DNA of 17,644 bases from an uncultured bacterium (GTDB lineage Bacteria > Abyssobacteria > SURF-5), in assembly GCA_964607485.1 (NCBI GenBank), contig CAZSKP010000061.1, forward strand, positions 1-17,644. The letters run 5' to 3'. The notes beneath the pieces are model-generated. The model was not told the origin of the DNA and searched no databases. It saw only the letters and a list, made by a program, of their open reading frames with translations. Positions 16,216-17,644 of the stretch are shown piece after piece; the first letter of the stretch is position 1; each line of letters opens with the position of its first letter. Both the position numbers and the translations under genes were made by a program.

Positions 16216-17643
16216 ATGGGATTCGATGCGATCATTAAGAACGGAAACGTGATTGACGGAACAGGCGCACCCGCCCGCCGGGCGGATATAGGGATCGAGG
16301 GCAACAGAATAGGCGAAATCGGCGACCTCGGCGGGGCGCAGGCCGAGCGTGAGATCGACGCGTCGGGCCTCACAGTGACGCCCGGCTTCATAGACATCCA
16401 CTCTCACTTCGACTGGCCCATCATCGACCCGGACCACAGCGACCTGTTGAGCCCGCTCGTCAGGCAGGGCGTGACTACCATGGTGACCGGAAACTGCGGT
16501 TTCTCGCCCGCGCCGTTGTCGAAGGAGTTCGGCGACGTTGCAATACAGCGCGCGATAATGCGGTTGGCCGGAGGATTGGAATTTGAGGGCAAGCGGCCGC
16601 AGGATTTGTTTCGATGGAGGTCGATGGGCGAATTTCTCGACCACCTTTCCGGCAGGGGAGTGGCGTTCAACGTCGCCCAGCTCGCGGGACATGCAACCAT
16701 TCACGAGGCGGTCAAGGGAGAGGACACGACTCCACCGAACCGTGACGAACTCGAGAAGATGAAGCGGTTCGCGCGGGAAAGCCTCGAACAGGGCGCCTTC
16801 GGCTTTTCCACCGGGTTGGGCTATTCGCCGGGCATCTTCAGCCCGCAGGAGGAGATCGTCGAATTCGCGCGGGTCACAAAAGAATACGGAGGCATGTTTC
16901 CCTCACATTTGCAGGCGTATAGCTGGGTGTCGCCCGCGTACGAGGAAATCGGCGGCGAGCCGCACAACCTGCGCTCGGTGAGGGAGTTCATAAAAGTGGG
17001 CGAGACAACCGGCCAGCCGCTTCAGATATCGCACTTGATCTTCGTGGGACGGAAGACGTGGGAGGAGACGACCGACGCCGTGCTCGGGGAAATCGAGGCA
17101 GCCGTTCGTCGCGGCGTCGATGTCGGCTTCGACGTGTATGCCTACACGGTCGGCATCTCGACAATCGCGGTCGTGTTTCCGGCCTGGGCGCTGCCCGACC
17201 TGGTGAACAACCTGCGGAATCCGGAAATCCGCGAGCGAATCCGGGGCGAGCTGGAAATGGCGAAGGTAATGCTTCAATTCGGGTACGACGACCTCATATT
17301 GATGTGGGGAGGGTCGCCGAATCTCACCCAATACGAAGGAATGACCGTAGGGGAAATCGCAGAGGCGCGCGGCGAGGACCCCTTCGATACGTACTGCTAC
17401 CTTGTGGTCGAAAGCAAGGGGCTCGGGCGCATCTTCCTGGCGCAATACAGCGGAAACGAAGAAGACGAATCGGTGCTCCGCAGGGTGCTTGCGCATCCTC
17501 TCGCTTCCTTCGAGACCGATTGCTCAATCACGCGGCAGGGCTGGCAATACCCGAACGCGTGGGGCAACTATCCCCGCATCCTCGGCCACTATGTCCGCGA
17601 CCTCAAGTTGATGACGCTGGAGGAGGCCGTCCGCAAGATGACA
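16216..17643 (+). CDS. N-acyl-D-amino-acid deacylase (D-aminoacylase) family amidohydrolase; 3' end outside window
   Basis: AAAGGA RBS. MGFDAIIKNGNVIDGTG...ADIGI...PGFIDIHSH, QGVTTMVTGNCG, GFSTGLGY, QISHL, ETD, PNAWGNYPRILGHYVRD...LEEAVRKMT. The frame is open to the window end. Confidence 0.92.
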   Translation, partial: MGFDAIIKNGNVIDGTGAPARRADIGIEGNRIGEIGDLGGAQAEREIDASGLTVTPGFIDIHSHFDWPIIDPDHSDLLSPLVRQGVTTMVTGNCGFSPAPLSKEFGDVAIQRAIMRLAGGLEFEGKRPQDLFRWRSMGEFLDHLSGRGVAFNVAQLAGHATIHEAVKGEDTTPPNRDELEKMKRFARESLEQGAFGFSTGLGYSPGIFSPQEEIVEFARVTKEYGGMFPSHLQAYSWVSPAYEEIGGEPHNLRSVREFIKVGETTGQPLQISHLIFVGRKTWEETTDAVLGEIEAAVRRGVDVGFDVYAYTVGISTIAVVFPAWALPDLVNNLRNPEIRERIRGELEMAKVMLQFGYDDLILMWGGSPNLTQYEGMTVGEIAEARGEDPFDTYCYLVVESKGLGRIFLAQYSGNEEDESVLRRVLAHPLASFETDCSITRQGWQYPNAWGNYPRILGHYVRDLKLMTLEEAVRKMT

Positions 17644-17644
17644 T

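Noticed and set aside
1..17644. CRISPR array, IS element, rRNA, known riboswitch
   Set aside because: No regularly spaced repeats, transposase motifs or recognisable consensus were seen by eye. A covariance-model search was not possible.

Overview
GC-rich bacterial chromosomal window. Left: a >1291-aa secreted protein on the minus strand, absent from the ORF track because it runs off the left edge (signal peptide, 7 SBBP-type beta-propeller repeats, 4 choice-of-anchor-D/ASH-type Ig domains). Divergent from it, a consensus sigma70 promoter drives tRNA-Lys(UUU) and tRNA-Glu(UUC) through a leader containing a terminator-like hairpin. Directly behind the tRNAs is an AT-richer two-gene cassette: an alpha-class SPPY amino-methyltransferase and a putative restriction endonuclease. 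Next come a minus-strand Zn-ADH and DUF2914 pair, then a plus-strand cluster tyrS-trxA-amrA(AMMECR1)-amrB(Memo)-AI-2E transporter-GT2. An accessory patch of small genes follows: an orphan GspG-like pseudopilin, a membrane protein, a 54-aa lipoprotein missed by the ORF track and an 8-Cys FYVE-like zinc finger. A D-aminoacylase gene runs off the right edge. No integrase, transposase or CRISPR array was seen. No clearly new system is proven. The best leads are the tRNA leader attenuator, the R-M-like cassette, the FYVE-like protein and the small lipoprotein. All family calls come from motif recognition by eye, not database searches.
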